DNA of 64,000 nt from Candidatus Saccharimonadia bacterium (GCA_041743505.1 JBGTMQ010000020.1:17099-81098); one strand, 5' to 3'; positions 9,609 to 18,962 are shown, counted from the stretch's first letter. A program made the numbers and translations. Notes: generated by a model not told the origin, from the sequence alone.

Positions 9609-10031
9609 ATGCCACAACTTCATCCCTACCTTGCGTTCGACGGTAATTGCCGCGAAGCGATGGAATTCTATCAACAAGCCTTGGGCGCCGAGCTTACCTT
9701 GCAAAAAGTTGGTGAAACACCCGCCAAAGACGGCATGCCGCCCGAAACGCACGACAGCGTCATGCACTCCAGCCTGGAAAAGAACGGCCAGGTGCTCGTA
9801 ATGGCTTCAGATATGATGTCCGAAGAAACAGCTAAACACGGCAACGACGTAAGCCTTTGCTACAGTGGCGAAACCGAAGAAGAGACCCGCGCGGCCTTCA
9901 AAAACCTGTCCGAAGGCGGCAAAGTCACCAGCGAACTCAAGCTCGAATTCTGGGGCGACCTGTACGGGGACTTGTACGACAAATATGGCTTCCGCTGGAT
10001 GTTTAACTACGGCAAAAGCCAAGACAAATAA
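9609..10031 (+). CDS. VOC family protein (PhnB-like)
   Basis: The start MPQLHPYLAFDGNCREAMEFY is typical of PhnB/glyoxalase-like proteins. RBS AAGGAG upstream. The track ORF starts at 9576. Confidence 0.65.
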   Translation: MPQLHPYLAFDGNCREAMEFYQQALGAELTLQKVGETPAKDGMPPETHDSVMHSSLEKNGQVLVMASDMMSEETAKHGNDVSLCYSGETEEETRAAFKNLSEGGKVTSELKLEFWGDLYGDLYDKYGFRWMFNYGKSQDK

Positions 10032-10045
10032 TATAACACTCAACA

Positions 10046-10527
10046 TGACCCAAACCATCCACCAAATCCTCGATGATATCGGCATTGCCTACCAGCAATA
10101 TGACCATCCACCCGTCTTTACCGTTGAAGAAGCTGCAAAGTACGACCGGGGCCACGCCGGACATAGCAAGAATCTGTTTCTAAGAAACAAGAAGGGCAAC
10201 AGGCACTTCTTAGTCGTATTAGGCGCCGACAAGCAAGTCAACATAAGAGACATTGCCGATGCTGTCGGGGAAAATAATCTTGGCTTCGCTTCACCAGAAA
10301 GATTACTAAAATACCTCGGACTCACGCCAGGTTCAGTCTCTCCATTTGGTCTCGTCAATGACACAGCCAAGGGAGTAGAGGTCATTGTCGACAACGAGCT
10401 TCTGAAATCTGACAACCAAGGATTTCATCCCAATATAAATACCTCCACGTTAATCCTCAGCACGGAGGATTTTAAGAAATTTCTGTCGTCTACCGGGAAC
10501 AAAGTAACCTATTTGGAGGTCACATGA
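10046..10527 (+). CDS. YbaK/ProX-type aminoacyl-tRNA deacylase (prolyl-tRNA editing protein)
   Basis: YbaK-family motifs (HFLVVLGADKQVN...LGLTPGSVSPFG). The true start MTQTIHQ lies inside a longer track ORF. Confidence 0.7.
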
Positions 10528-11093
10528 GAAAACTATTTGTTTCAAATCTTGTATCAGTCGACGGCATGTTTGCCGGCTCCGGCGGCAATATCGATTGGCA
10601 CGTTTTCGATGATGAGCTCAACAAACACGCCATCGGTATGATGAATACCGTCGACACCATGATTCTGGGCGGCAAAACCTTTGGCCTGTTCGAGGATTTC
10701 TGGCCTGCTGCCGGCAAGGACCCTGCCACAGACCCCGACGACCTGGTAATCGCCCGCCTGATGGACGAGTACACCAAAATCGTATTCTCCAAATCGCGCC
10801 ACGAAACCAACTGGCAAAACACCAAAATACACCACAACATTGATCCAGCAGAAATCCGCGAACTCAAGAACCAACCCGGCAAAGATATCGTCATCTTCGG
10901 CAGCGGCACCATCGTTCAGGCCATGACTAATCTTGGCCTCATAGATGAATACCAGCTCATCATCAACCCCGTCATTCTGGGCCAGGGTAAACCATTATTC
11001 GAAGGCATCAACCACAAGCTGGACTTAAATCTCACTTCATCCAAGACCTTCAGCTCCGGGAACGTTCTGTTGTGCTATCAGCCCACAAAATAA
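10524..11093 (+). CDS. dihydrofolate reductase family protein (RibD C-terminal domain-like)
   Basis: The start MRKLFVSNLVSVDG...ILGGKTF matches the RibD_C/DHFR-like family. ATGA overlap with the upstream gene. Confidence 0.7.
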   Translation: MRKLFVSNLVSVDGMFAGSGGNIDWHVFDDELNKHAIGMMNTVDTMILGGKTFGLFEDFWPAAGKDPATDPDDLVIARLMDEYTKIVFSKSRHETNWQNTKIHHNIDPAEIRELKNQPGKDIVIFGSGTIVQAMTNLGLIDEYQLIINPVILGQGKPLFEGINHKLDLNLTSSKTFSSGNVLLCYQPTK

Positions 11094-11171
11094 TGCCCCG
11101 ATAGGTGAGATGCTTCCGCCTGGAATAGTAGAAGAATCTCGATCCATCGGGGTTGGGTCGCCAATTATCCG

Positions 11172-11357
11172 TCAGCTGCCTCTTCTCCAGCTCGTCCAGC
11201 CAGGGGTTGTCCCTTCGGGCTGAGGCGTAAATCTGCCAGTCGCCCCGGCAATCTTGCTGCCGTCATCAAGCGTAACGACACCATCTTCTACCGATACTAC
11301 TCCTTTAGTGGTAATGACGGTGTTACCGTCAACTGGAATTTCTTTGGGCTCGGCCAT
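11172..11357 (-). CDS. small hypothetical protein
   Basis: 61 aa starting at MAEPK, with GGGAG 4 nt upstream. The longer track ORF is likely 5' UTR. Confidence 0.35.
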   Translation of the reverse strand: MAEPKEIPVDGNTVITTKGVVSVEDGVVTLDDGSKIAGATGRFTPQPEGTTPGWTSWRRGS

Positions 11358-11468
11358 CGTGGCTCCCTGGAATCGTAGGAACAAACTAGGATGCATCTGC
11401 ATTGTAGGTGAATACGTTACTAAGCTATGACATAAATAACATGAAGTCAAATCGATCTTCACCCCTAC

Positions 11469-12104
11469 TTATTCCTCGGTCTCAATACCAACTTCCGCCG
11501 CTATGACCGCCGCTAAGCTAATTAACTGAGCAGTATCGACCAGAGCTCCCTTTAGGCCCATAACGCCCTTTAGGCCGGTGAGGTTAGAAGTCCGCAAATC
11601 TACCTTAGACAAGGCCGCATCACCAAAATGAGCGCCGGTAAGATTGCATTTTTCAAACCTAGCCTGGGACAGATGTGCCGCATAAAAGTCAGCTTCTTGG
11701 AGGTTACAATTTACAAAAGTGACCGATTTAAGCTTGGAAAATCGAAAATTAGCCATATTCAGTTTACAGTTAGAAAACACTACTTCCTCAAAACTGGCGT
11801 CCGATACTATCAGGCCCGAGAAGTTACCGCCTTTAACCTCGACCCGTAGCCAACCCGACCCATCCAAATCCGAGCCAAACATTAAGCAGTCCTCGGCATA
11901 GACGTCAGTCAAATTGAAGTGCTTGAGCTTGCTCGTCTCCAGAGACACGCGCAGTAGCATTGCCGCCTCGATGCTAACGGCATTAAGATCAGTGCTGGAA
12001 AAGTCGGCGTCCTCAACTAGGACACCGGACAAGTCTTGCTCGCCGGCCAGGGTGGCGCCAGTGAACCGGGTGAGCTGTTGGGGTATATGAAGCCGCATAC
12101 CCAT
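11469..12104 (-). CDS. pentapeptide repeat protein (Qnr/MfpA-like fold)
   Basis: Tandem A(D/N)LxX pentapeptide repeats run through all 211 aa. Confidence 0.8.
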   Translation of the reverse strand: MGMRLHIPQQLTRFTGATLAGEQDLSGVLVEDADFSSTDLNAVSIEAAMLLRVSLETSKLKHFNLTDVYAEDCLMFGSDLDGSGWLRVEVKGGNFSGLIVSDASFEEVVFSNCKLNMANFRFSKLKSVTFVNCNLQEADFYAAHLSQARFEKCNLTGAHFGDAALSKVDLRTSNLTGLKGVMGLKGALVDTAQLISLAAVIAAEVGIETEE

Positions 12105-12146
12105 TAGCTTAGCAAACTCCAGCCTTATGCGTAGAAAATTTCGGCC

Positions 12147-12177
12147 CGCCTGGTGATGTACCAGGCGGGCCGTTTGC
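12147..12177. promoter_or_regulatory. perfect 12-bp-arm inverted repeat in divergent promoter region
   Basis: GGCCCGCCTGGT-gatgta-ACCAGGCGGGCC, between the pentapeptide gene and DUF397 copy 1. Confidence 0.3.
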
Positions 12178-12351
12178 GTACCTCTGCAAGGTTATATTGG
12201 CGAATATATGCTTTCTAACATACAAATGCTAAAAGCTGAGCATGACTGTTTATAAAATGACAAAAGAGTTCAACAAAATTATTGACAACTATGATTGGCA
12301 TGGTTGACAATAGAAGGGCGCAATCCAGCGCCAAGCACCGAAGGAGTAACA

Positions 12352-12582
12352 ATGGGCCTTCCGGCTATCGCAAAAGCCGAAAACCTGTCAGTTTCGTGGC
12401 AGAAGAGCACGCTTTGCTCTAACCCGAGCGGCTGCGTCGAGCTCGCAGAACTGAGAACAGGAGTGATTGTTCTCCGCGACTCGCAGAACCCTTCCGGACC
12501 CGCCTTGTGCTTTACGCCTGGTGAAATTGCAGCATTCATTGGCGGCGCCCAAAAGGGCGAGTTCGACAAATACACTGTCTGA
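12352..12582 (+). CDS. DUF397 domain protein (copy 1)
   Basis: DUF397 consensus blocks are present, including RDSQNPSGPALCFTPGEIAAFIGGAQKGEFD. RBS AAGGAG at 12341. An inverted repeat lies at 12317-12332. Confidence 0.7.
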   Translation: MGLPAIAKAENLSVSWQKSTLCSNPSGCVELAELRTGVIVLRDSQNPSGPALCFTPGEIAAFIGGAQKGEFDKYTV

Positions 12583-12620
12583 CACCACGCTGCACAACAC
12601 TTACGGCTCTAATGCCGCCT

Positions 12621-13244
12621 CTACAAGCGCTCATCCTTCGGATGGGCGTTTTCTCTTTCGTAGCTCTCGCCAATGATACCCTTGGGTTTAATCCGGTCGA
12701 GGCCCAACTTCTGACCGCGTTCGCATGCCCCACCGTAGGTTGAAGACCAAATCGCGTACACCCCCAACAGTCGCTGCATTCGCGAGAGTCCTGCCTCAGC
12801 CGCAAACCTATCAAACAATTTGGCACTGTACCACTCTACTGATGTTTTGCCATTTATATCAATCGGCACCTGGTCCTGATTTGCATCGGCAAAAAAGGTG
12901 GCGCCGGGATGGCCGCGGTCGTGCTGCGACAATCCCAATAGGACCGCCTCAATAAACCCAGCTGGCAACTGGACCCCCGTGTAGATCTGAATTTCGTCCA
13001 GCGCTTCGGCCCCCTTGTCTGTCACGCGCTGGGCGTGATCTATGCCGTGGTAAGTTAGGCGCGGGTTGTCACATGTAAACAGCGAGTTTGCCAATATACG
13101 ACTAAAATCCGAGTGTCCCCGGTCATCAAAAGCAGCTAGGGTTCCCAGTTCAGTCACGTTGCCGTCAGCCGGTGCCAGCGACGGTGGTAGCCCTTGTGGG
13201 TACCAACTCGCAAAGTCAGAGTCAATGAGACGGCCAATCTCCAT
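12621..13244 (-). CDS. hypothetical protein with HD-domain-like H...HD motifs
   Basis: 208 aa from MEIGRL, with AGGAG upstream. Motifs YHGIDHAQRV then LLGLSQHDRGH resemble HD phosphohydrolase motifs I and II. The longer track ORF is the 5' extension. Confidence 0.4.
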   Translation of the reverse strand: MEIGRLIDSDFASWYPQGLPPSLAPADGNVTELGTLAAFDDRGHSDFSRILANSLFTCDNPRLTYHGIDHAQRVTDKGAEALDEIQIYTGVQLPAGFIEAVLLGLSQHDRGHPGATFFADANQDQVPIDINGKTSVEWYSAKLFDRFAAEAGLSRMQRLLGVYAIWSSTYGGACERGQKLGLDRIKPKGIIGESYERENAHPKDERL

Positions 13245-13500
13245 CTGAGCTCCTAAGCGTTGAGGTGCAGAATGTAGAAAACAAACCGACACATATGTTA
13301 TAACACACTCAATTAACAAATGTAGTTTATATATAGTTTGCATAAAGTGAGCTAATAAGCCGAACACAGTTCCTTCTGGAAGCAAGTGTTTGGCCATCAG
13401 TAGTTGACAAAAGTAGTTGACAGAATTATTTGACACCCACGTCTGACATGATTGACAATGATCTTGGCACAACCGATGTGCCAATGCGGAAGGACAGAAA

Positions 13501-13728
13501 ATGGTAGAAAAGGCAGTAGTTTTGGACGCTCAGGCACAATTGCCTGGGGTCGTGTGGCGCAAGAGTAGCCGCAGCGGCCAGCTCGGCAACTGTGTCGAGG
13601 TTGCCTCCCTGGAGAGCGGACAGACGGCTGTCCGGGATTCCAAGAACCCGGCTGGCCCGGCCCTGATCTACACCTCCGCCGAGTGGGCAGCCTTCACAGC
13701 CGGCGTGAACGACGGCGAATTCAGCTAG
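13501..13728 (+). CDS. DUF397 domain protein (copy 2)
   Basis: VWRKSSRSGQLGNCVEVA...VRDSKNPAGPALIYTSAEWAAFTAGVNDGEF is close to the DUF397 consensus. Confidence 0.8.
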   Translation: MVEKAVVLDAQAQLPGVVWRKSSRSGQLGNCVEVASLESGQTAVRDSKNPAGPALIYTSAEWAAFTAGVNDGEFS

Positions 13729-13918
13729 TAGCTAGCTGATGTTCTAGCGGCTAATTTCACTTTCGGGATATAATCCCGCAGTTCCATAGCGCCTATCCGC
13801 AAGGATGGGCGCTTTTCCTATTGCCGAATTTCGTAGTTTTTACCAATAGACATTACGGTATGACATAAATAACATATTGCTATGGCACAACTCAGTGCCA
13901 TCCTGAGAAGGGGTAACA

Positions 13919-14137
13919 ATGAACGGCATGAGGATCTTGAACGCCCAGGCCGACTTGCCTGGAATTGTGTGGCGCAGCCGCTGCAACGGCAGCGACCAGT
14001 GCGTCGAGGTGGGAGGACTACCGAACGGCCTCAAGGCCGTCCGCGACTCCAAGAACAAGACGGGTCCGGCGCTGGTCATCACCGGGGCAGAGTTCGCCGC
14101 AGTCACCGCCGGCATCCGCAATGGTGAATTCTCCTAG
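13919..14137 (+). CDS. DUF397 domain protein (copy 3)
   Basis: IVWRSRCNGSDQCVEV...VRDSKNKTGPALVITGAEFAAVTAGIRNGEF matches the DUF397 consensus. Confidence 0.8.
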   Translation: MNGMRILNAQADLPGIVWRSRCNGSDQCVEVGGLPNGLKAVRDSKNKTGPALVITGAEFAAVTAGIRNGEFS

Positions 14138-14339
14138 CACCGCCTGAACACTCGCTGTAACCCGCTTGGGCTGGGACATCCAGCGCACCTAACCCAAGCG
14201 GCTAATCGCAACCTTGTTGGTTAACCCCTTCAGCTAGATAGCGTCTACCTTGTGGGTAGGCGCTTTCTCTTTCGTAGCTCTCGCCAATGATTCATACTAA
14301 ATGTACTAGTAAACTTGAACCATAACACCGGAGACACCT

Positions 14340-15113
14340 ATGCGGGCACTTTGGACCGGCGCAATTTCATTTGGACTCATAAATATTCCCGTCAAGCTCT
14401 ATTCCGGCTCCGAAACCCGGGATGGTCTCGACTTGCGCATGCTCCATAAGAAAGATAATGCGCCCATCCGCTATGCCAAAATCTGCACCGCCGAAGGCGC
14501 CGAAGTACCCTACGAGGAAATCGTCAAAGGCTACGAGTATGCCAAAGGCCAGTTTGTGGTCCTGGAGGATGAGGATTTTGAGGCGGCTGACGCCAAAAAA
14601 ACCAGCACCATCGATATCGTCGAGTTTGTCGATGAAGACCAGATCGACGTCCGTTATCTGGAGAAGCCGTATTATCTGGAGCCCGCCAAGGGAGCCGACA
14701 AGGCCTATGCCTTGCTCCGTGAAGCGCTCAAAAAATCCAACCGGCTGGCCGTCGCCACGTTTGTCTTACGGCAGCGCGAACATTTGGCGCTCATCAAGAC
14801 CGTCGGCCAGGCCCTCGTACTCAACCAAATGCGTTTCCCGGCTGATTTACGCTCGCCGGGCGGGCTTAAGCTGCCGCCCAAAAGTGCCGCCACCGAGCGC
14901 GAACTGGATATGGCGCTCAAGCTAGTCGAGCAGCTGACGCATCCATTTATCCCCGAAGACTTCCACGATACCTACACCGAAGAATTGCAGACGCGCATCG
15001 AAGCCAAGGTCAAAGGCAAGCCCACGCCCAAAGCTGCCCCCGCCCAAGCCGCACCCGCCCAGGATATGATGGCCGCCCTCAAAGCCAGTCTTGAGGCCAC
15101 CAGCACCAAATGA
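14340..15113 (+). CDS. ku: Ku protein (NHEJ DNA end-binding)
   Basis: Canonical bacterial Ku N-terminus (MRALWTGAISFGLINIPVKLY) and core. Lys/Ala-rich C-terminal tail. Confidence 0.9.
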   Translation: MRALWTGAISFGLINIPVKLYSGSETRDGLDLRMLHKKDNAPIRYAKICTAEGAEVPYEEIVKGYEYAKGQFVVLEDEDFEAADAKKTSTIDIVEFVDEDQIDVRYLEKPYYLEPAKGADKAYALLREALKKSNRLAVATFVLRQREHLALIKTVGQALVLNQMRFPADLRSPGGLKLPPKSAATERELDMALKLVEQLTHPFIPEDFHDTYTEELQTRIEAKVKGKPTPKAAPAQAAPAQDMMAALKASLEATSTK

Positions 15114-17602
15114 GCCTCGAACAGTACCAGGCCAAACGGCGCTTTGACCAAACCCCCGAGCCGCAAGCCGGGCAGGGAAGTGGGCCGCTGCGCTTTGTGG
15201 TCCAAAAGCACGCCGCCTCGCATTTGCACTACGATTTTCGCTTGGAAATGGGCAGTATCCTTAAAAGCTGGGCCGTACCCAAGGGTCCCTCACTCAACCC
15301 TCACGACAAGCGCCTGGCCATGATGACCGAAGACCATCCCTACGACTACCGTACCTTCGAAGGCATCATCCCCGAAGGCAATTACGGCGCCGGCACGGTT
15401 ATGGTCTGGGATGAAGGTACCTACGAGCCGGTCGTCTGGGACAAAAAAACCGGCGTCACTCTGCATCTCAGCCGCCAGGAACAAGACAAAGCCGCCCGTC
15501 ACAGCGTCCATGCCGGCCACCTCACCTTCATCCTACGTGGCCAAAAACTAAACGGTGAGTTCGCCCTTATCAAAATGCATGACGCCGAGGAAAACGCCTG
15601 GCTGCTCGTTAAGGCCGACAAAGATGATGCGGTCACCACCAAAGATGTCACCAAGCAGGACCGCTCAGCCCTCAGCGGCCGCACCTTGGACGAAATAGCC
15701 AAAGGCGGCGGCGCTGCCTGGACTCGCGCTCCCGGCCTGTCCGGCGCGCCGCCCGCGCCACTGCCCGATACCGTAGCGCCAATGCTGGCCACCCTGGCCG
15801 AAGCGCCGTTCGATGACCCGGACTGGCTCTACGAAATCAAATGGGACGGCTACCGCGCCATCGCCACTATCACTCCCGAAGGCGTAAAATTACGCTCCCG
15901 CCGCGACCAGGATTTTGCCGCCAAATACCCGCCCGTCACCTCCGCGCTCCAGGACATCCGCGGCGCCACCGCCGTCCTCGACGGCGAGATCGTGGTGCTC
16001 GACGACCAGGGCCGGTCGGTTTTTGAGGGTCTCCAGACCTACGCCGACACCGCCGGCACCCTGGTCTACTACGTCTTCGACCTGCTCTACTTGGACGGCC
16101 ACGATCTCACCGGCCTGCCGCTCACCCGGCGCAAACAAATCTTGCGTGATTGGCTGCCGCCCTCCGGGCACGTCCGCTACAGCGACCATGTCAACGAACT
16201 TGGCACCGGCTTTTTTGCCGCTGCCAAGCAGCAAAACCTGGAAGGCATCATGGCCAAGGACGGGCGCAGCCGTTATACACCGGGCAAGCGCAGTCACAGC
16301 TGGTTCAAGATCAAAACCCATGCCCGGCAGGAGGCCGTCATTGGCGGCTACACCGCGCCCCGCGGCTCGCGCTCCGGCTTTGGCGCCCTCGTTCTGGGCG
16401 TCTACGATGAAGACGGCCAACTCCACTACATCGGCCACACCGGCGGCGGCTTTGACGAGCGCTCCATCGCTGACACGCTAGCGAAACTCGAACCACTTCG
16501 CCAACCCGGATCGCCATTTGCCGAAACCTTCAAAACCAACGCTCCGGCTACCTGGGTCAAACCAAAACTTGTTGCCGAGGTCGAGTTCCGCGAGTGGACC
16601 GACGACGGCCATATGCGCCAACCAATCTTCCTCGGCCTGCGCCCCGACAAGTCACCCAAATCCGTCCACCGCGAAACCGCCGTCACCCCGCCACCCGAAA
16701 CCAAACCACTCGCCGCCTCAACTGGCACACGCCGCGCTCCCATCCACCACCCCGACAAAGTCTTCTGGCCCGATGACGGCATCACCAAGGGTGAGCTGGC
16801 CGCCTACTACCAGGCCATCGCGCCCACGCTCCTGCCGTACCTCAAAGACCGCCCCGAATCCCTCAACCGGTTTCCGCATGGCATTGCCGGCGACAGTTTT
16901 TACCAGAAAAACGTCGAGGATGCCCCCGATTGGGTCCGCCGCGTCACCGTCCATTCCGACAGCGAAAACCATGACGTGCATTACGTTGTCTGCGACGACC
17001 TCGATACGCTCCTGTATCTCGTCAACCTCGGCTGCATTGAGCTCAACCCTTGGAACTCGCGCATCCAGCACCCAGAACACCCCGATTGGGCCGTCATCGA
17101 CCTGGACCCCGAAGACGTCAGCTTCGACACCGTCGTCGAGGTCGCCCAAATGGTCCATCAGGTCCTAGAATCTGCCGGCATCCCGCATTACCCCAAAACC
17201 TCCGGCGCCACGGGTCTGCACATCTACATTCCCATGGACGCCCAATACACCTACGACCAGGTCAAAAATTTTGCCCACATCAACTGCCAGCTCGTAGGCG
17301 CCAGGCTGCCCGACGTCACCAGCCTGGAGCGCAGCCCGGCCAAACGCCAGCAGCGGGTCTATCTGGACTACTTGCAAAACCGCCGTGGCCAAACCCTGGC
17401 TGCCGCCTACGCTGTCCGCCCCCGGCCCGGTGCCACCGTCTCCACGCCGCTGCATTGGGACGAAGTCAAACCCGGCCTCGACCCCAAAACCTTTACGATT
17501 CACACCATGCCGGCCCGCCTCCAGGAAGCCGGCGACCTCTGGCAACCGGTTATCGGCCCCGGCGTCGATCTGCTCAAGGCATTAAAGCACCTGGACGCGT
17601 AA
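15110..17602 (+). CDS. ligD: multidomain ATP-dependent DNA ligase LigD (phosphoesterase - ligase - polymerase order)
   Basis: The N-terminal PE domain carries HYDFRLE. The ligase domain has the KxDG adenylation motif (EIKWDGYRA). The C-terminal LigD polymerase/primase domain follows. Overlaps the ku stop (ATGA). Confidence 0.9.
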   Translation: MSLEQYQAKRRFDQTPEPQAGQGSGPLRFVVQKHAASHLHYDFRLEMGSILKSWAVPKGPSLNPHDKRLAMMTEDHPYDYRTFEGIIPEGNYGAGTVMVWDEGTYEPVVWDKKTGVTLHLSRQEQDKAARHSVHAGHLTFILRGQKLNGEFALIKMHDAEENAWLLVKADKDDAVTTKDVTKQDRSALSGRTLDEIAKGGGAAWTRAPGLSGAPPAPLPDTVAPMLATLAEAPFDDPDWLYEIKWDGYRAIATITPEGVKLRSRRDQDFAAKYPPVTSALQDIRGATAVLDGEIVVLDDQGRSVFEGLQTYADTAGTLVYYVFDLLYLDGHDLTGLPLTRRKQILRDWLPPSGHVRYSDHVNELGTGFFAAAKQQNLEGIMAKDGRSRYTPGKRSHSWFKIKTHARQEAVIGGYTAPRGSRSGFGALVLGVYDEDGQLHYIGHTGGGFDERSIADTLAKLEPLRQPGSPFAETFKTNAPATWVKPKLVAEVEFREWTDDGHMRQPIFLGLRPDKSPKSVHRETAVTPPPETKPLAASTGTRRAPIHHPDKVFWPDDGITKGELAAYYQAIAPTLLPYLKDRPESLNRFPHGIAGDSFYQKNVEDAPDWVRRVTVHSDSENHDVHYVVCDDLDTLLYLVNLGCIELNPWNSRIQHPEHPDWAVIDLDPEDVSFDTVVEVAQMVHQVLESAGIPHYPKTSGATGLHIYIPMDAQYTYDQVKNFAHINCQLVGARLPDVTSLERSPAKRQQRVYLDYLQNRRGQTLAAAYAVRPRPGATVSTPLHWDEVKPGLDPKTFTIHTMPARLQEAGDLWQPVIGPGVDLLKALKHLDA

Positions 17603-17635
17603 CGACGTCAACGCTCTTTGCCGTACAATAGCCCT

Positions 17636-18286
17636 ATGACGAAAAACATTCTCTGTTTCGGAGACAGCATTATCTATGGGTATGGAGACCTGGAAGGCGG
17701 CTGGGTAGCCCGCCTGCGAAAGCGAATCGACCTAAACTCACCCGAATCCGACCCTCAAGTATTCTTCATGACCTATAACCTCGGAATACCGAGTGATACC
17801 TCTCGGCGCCTCATGGACCGGTTTGAGCTCGAGCTGGCCGCCTACACCAGAGACCCGGCCGATAACTACCTCATCATTTCCATCGGCACCAATGATGCCA
17901 TCCGCAATACTTCAGATAAATCGTTATGGACAGAATTGCCCCAATATAAAGCCAATATTACGGCCCTAATCAACCAGGCCCAAGCCGCCGGCGCCCCAGT
18001 CGTATTCCTCGGTAATATGCCGGTCGATGAGACAAAAACTCATCCGTATGTCTATGACGCCACCATTGAATCAAGCAATCATGACATCAAAACCTACGAG
18101 CTCACCGCCCAACAGGCATGCAAAGAAAATGACGTAGACTTTATCCCGGTATTCGAAAAAGCCATTCAAACCGACTATCCATCAATGTTATCCGGCGACG
18201 GCGTGCACCCTAACGCCAAAGGCCACGCCTACCTGGCCGGCCTGGCCTGGGAGTATATCAACGGCCAAAAATGGCTCCGGGTATAA
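17636..18286 (+). CDS. SGNH/GDSL hydrolase family protein
   Basis: GDS block I (ILCFGDSIIYG), plus GxND and DGVHP blocks. Confidence 0.75.
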   Translation: MTKNILCFGDSIIYGYGDLEGGWVARLRKRIDLNSPESDPQVFFMTYNLGIPSDTSRRLMDRFELELAAYTRDPADNYLIISIGTNDAIRNTSDKSLWTELPQYKANITALINQAQAAGAPVVFLGNMPVDETKTHPYVYDATIESSNHDIKTYELTAQQACKENDVDFIPVFEKAIQTDYPSMLSGDGVHPNAKGHAYLAGLAWEYINGQKWLRV

Positions 18287-18485
18287 TTTATATGTTGACT
18301 TATATTTAATAATGTGATATTGTGTATATATCTGTGGAATAACCGTAAGGCGAGACGCCAGACCGTGAAGCTATTCGCGCCTGACGCCTCGCCTTAAGCA
18401 AGGTTATCCGCAGTGATCTTTTCACTGTGGATTAAGAGGGGTACCTGCTAGGGTATCGACGTTCTTACACACCAAGGAGCATTCT

Positions 18486-18941
18486 ATGTCTCGCGCTGCA
18501 CTCGCAACCAAGGTCGAAGAGCTCTCCAACCAGGTCGCCGTGCTGACCGCTTCCCTCGCGAAGGTTCAGCAGGTTCAGGCCGCAGCCCTCCAGGCTGTCA
18601 CGTTCCTGCCTCAGGAGGTTGCCAGCCTGCTCAACGAGCAGAACCTGGGCGACGGTCAGATGACGCCGGACGGCGCTGGCATGACCTACAAGGTCGGCGA
18701 GCTGCTCACGGTCACCATCTACCCGTTCCGCGAGGAGTTCGTCCTCACCGACGCTGGTGGCAAGATTCGTCCGCTCTGGGTCAGGTTCGGCCCGGACCAC
18801 CCGGTCACCGACAAGATCGTCCTCGAGGTCCTCGGCTTCCAGGCCCTGGTCCTGAACCCGACGATCACCACCACGCCCTCAAGCTTCTGGGCGACGGGCG
18901 TCAACGCCCTCAGGGCTCCGGCGACCACCACCACATCCTGA
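18486..18941 (+). CDS. hypothetical protein
   Basis: 151 aa with RBS AAGGAG. Followed by three stem-loops. Confidence 0.5.
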   Translation: MSRAALATKVEELSNQVAVLTASLAKVQQVQAAALQAVTFLPQEVASLLNEQNLGDGQMTPDGAGMTYKVGELLTVTIYPFREEFVLTDAGGKIRPLWVRFGPDHPVTDKIVLEVLGFQALVLNPTITTTPSSFWATGVNALRAPATTTTS

Positions 18942-18962
18942 TATCCGCTCCCCAGTGAAAAA

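Noticed and set aside
11426-13875. Exact 17-mer TATGACATAAATAACAT at 11426-11442 and 13859-13875
   Set aside because: In 64 kb (both strands) an exact 17-mer repeat is expected by chance with probability of order 0.2, and more in AT-rich spacers. The flanks do not align, so it is not treated as a repeat element.
14422-17631. Long alternative-frame ORFs inside ku and ligD (for example 14422..14925, 15915..16481, 16518..17168, 17050..17631, 15890..16438)
   Set aside because: These are high-GC third-position frame artefacts. Their translations are Pro/Arg/Ser-rich with no domain features, whereas the Ku and LigD frames carry canonical motifs.
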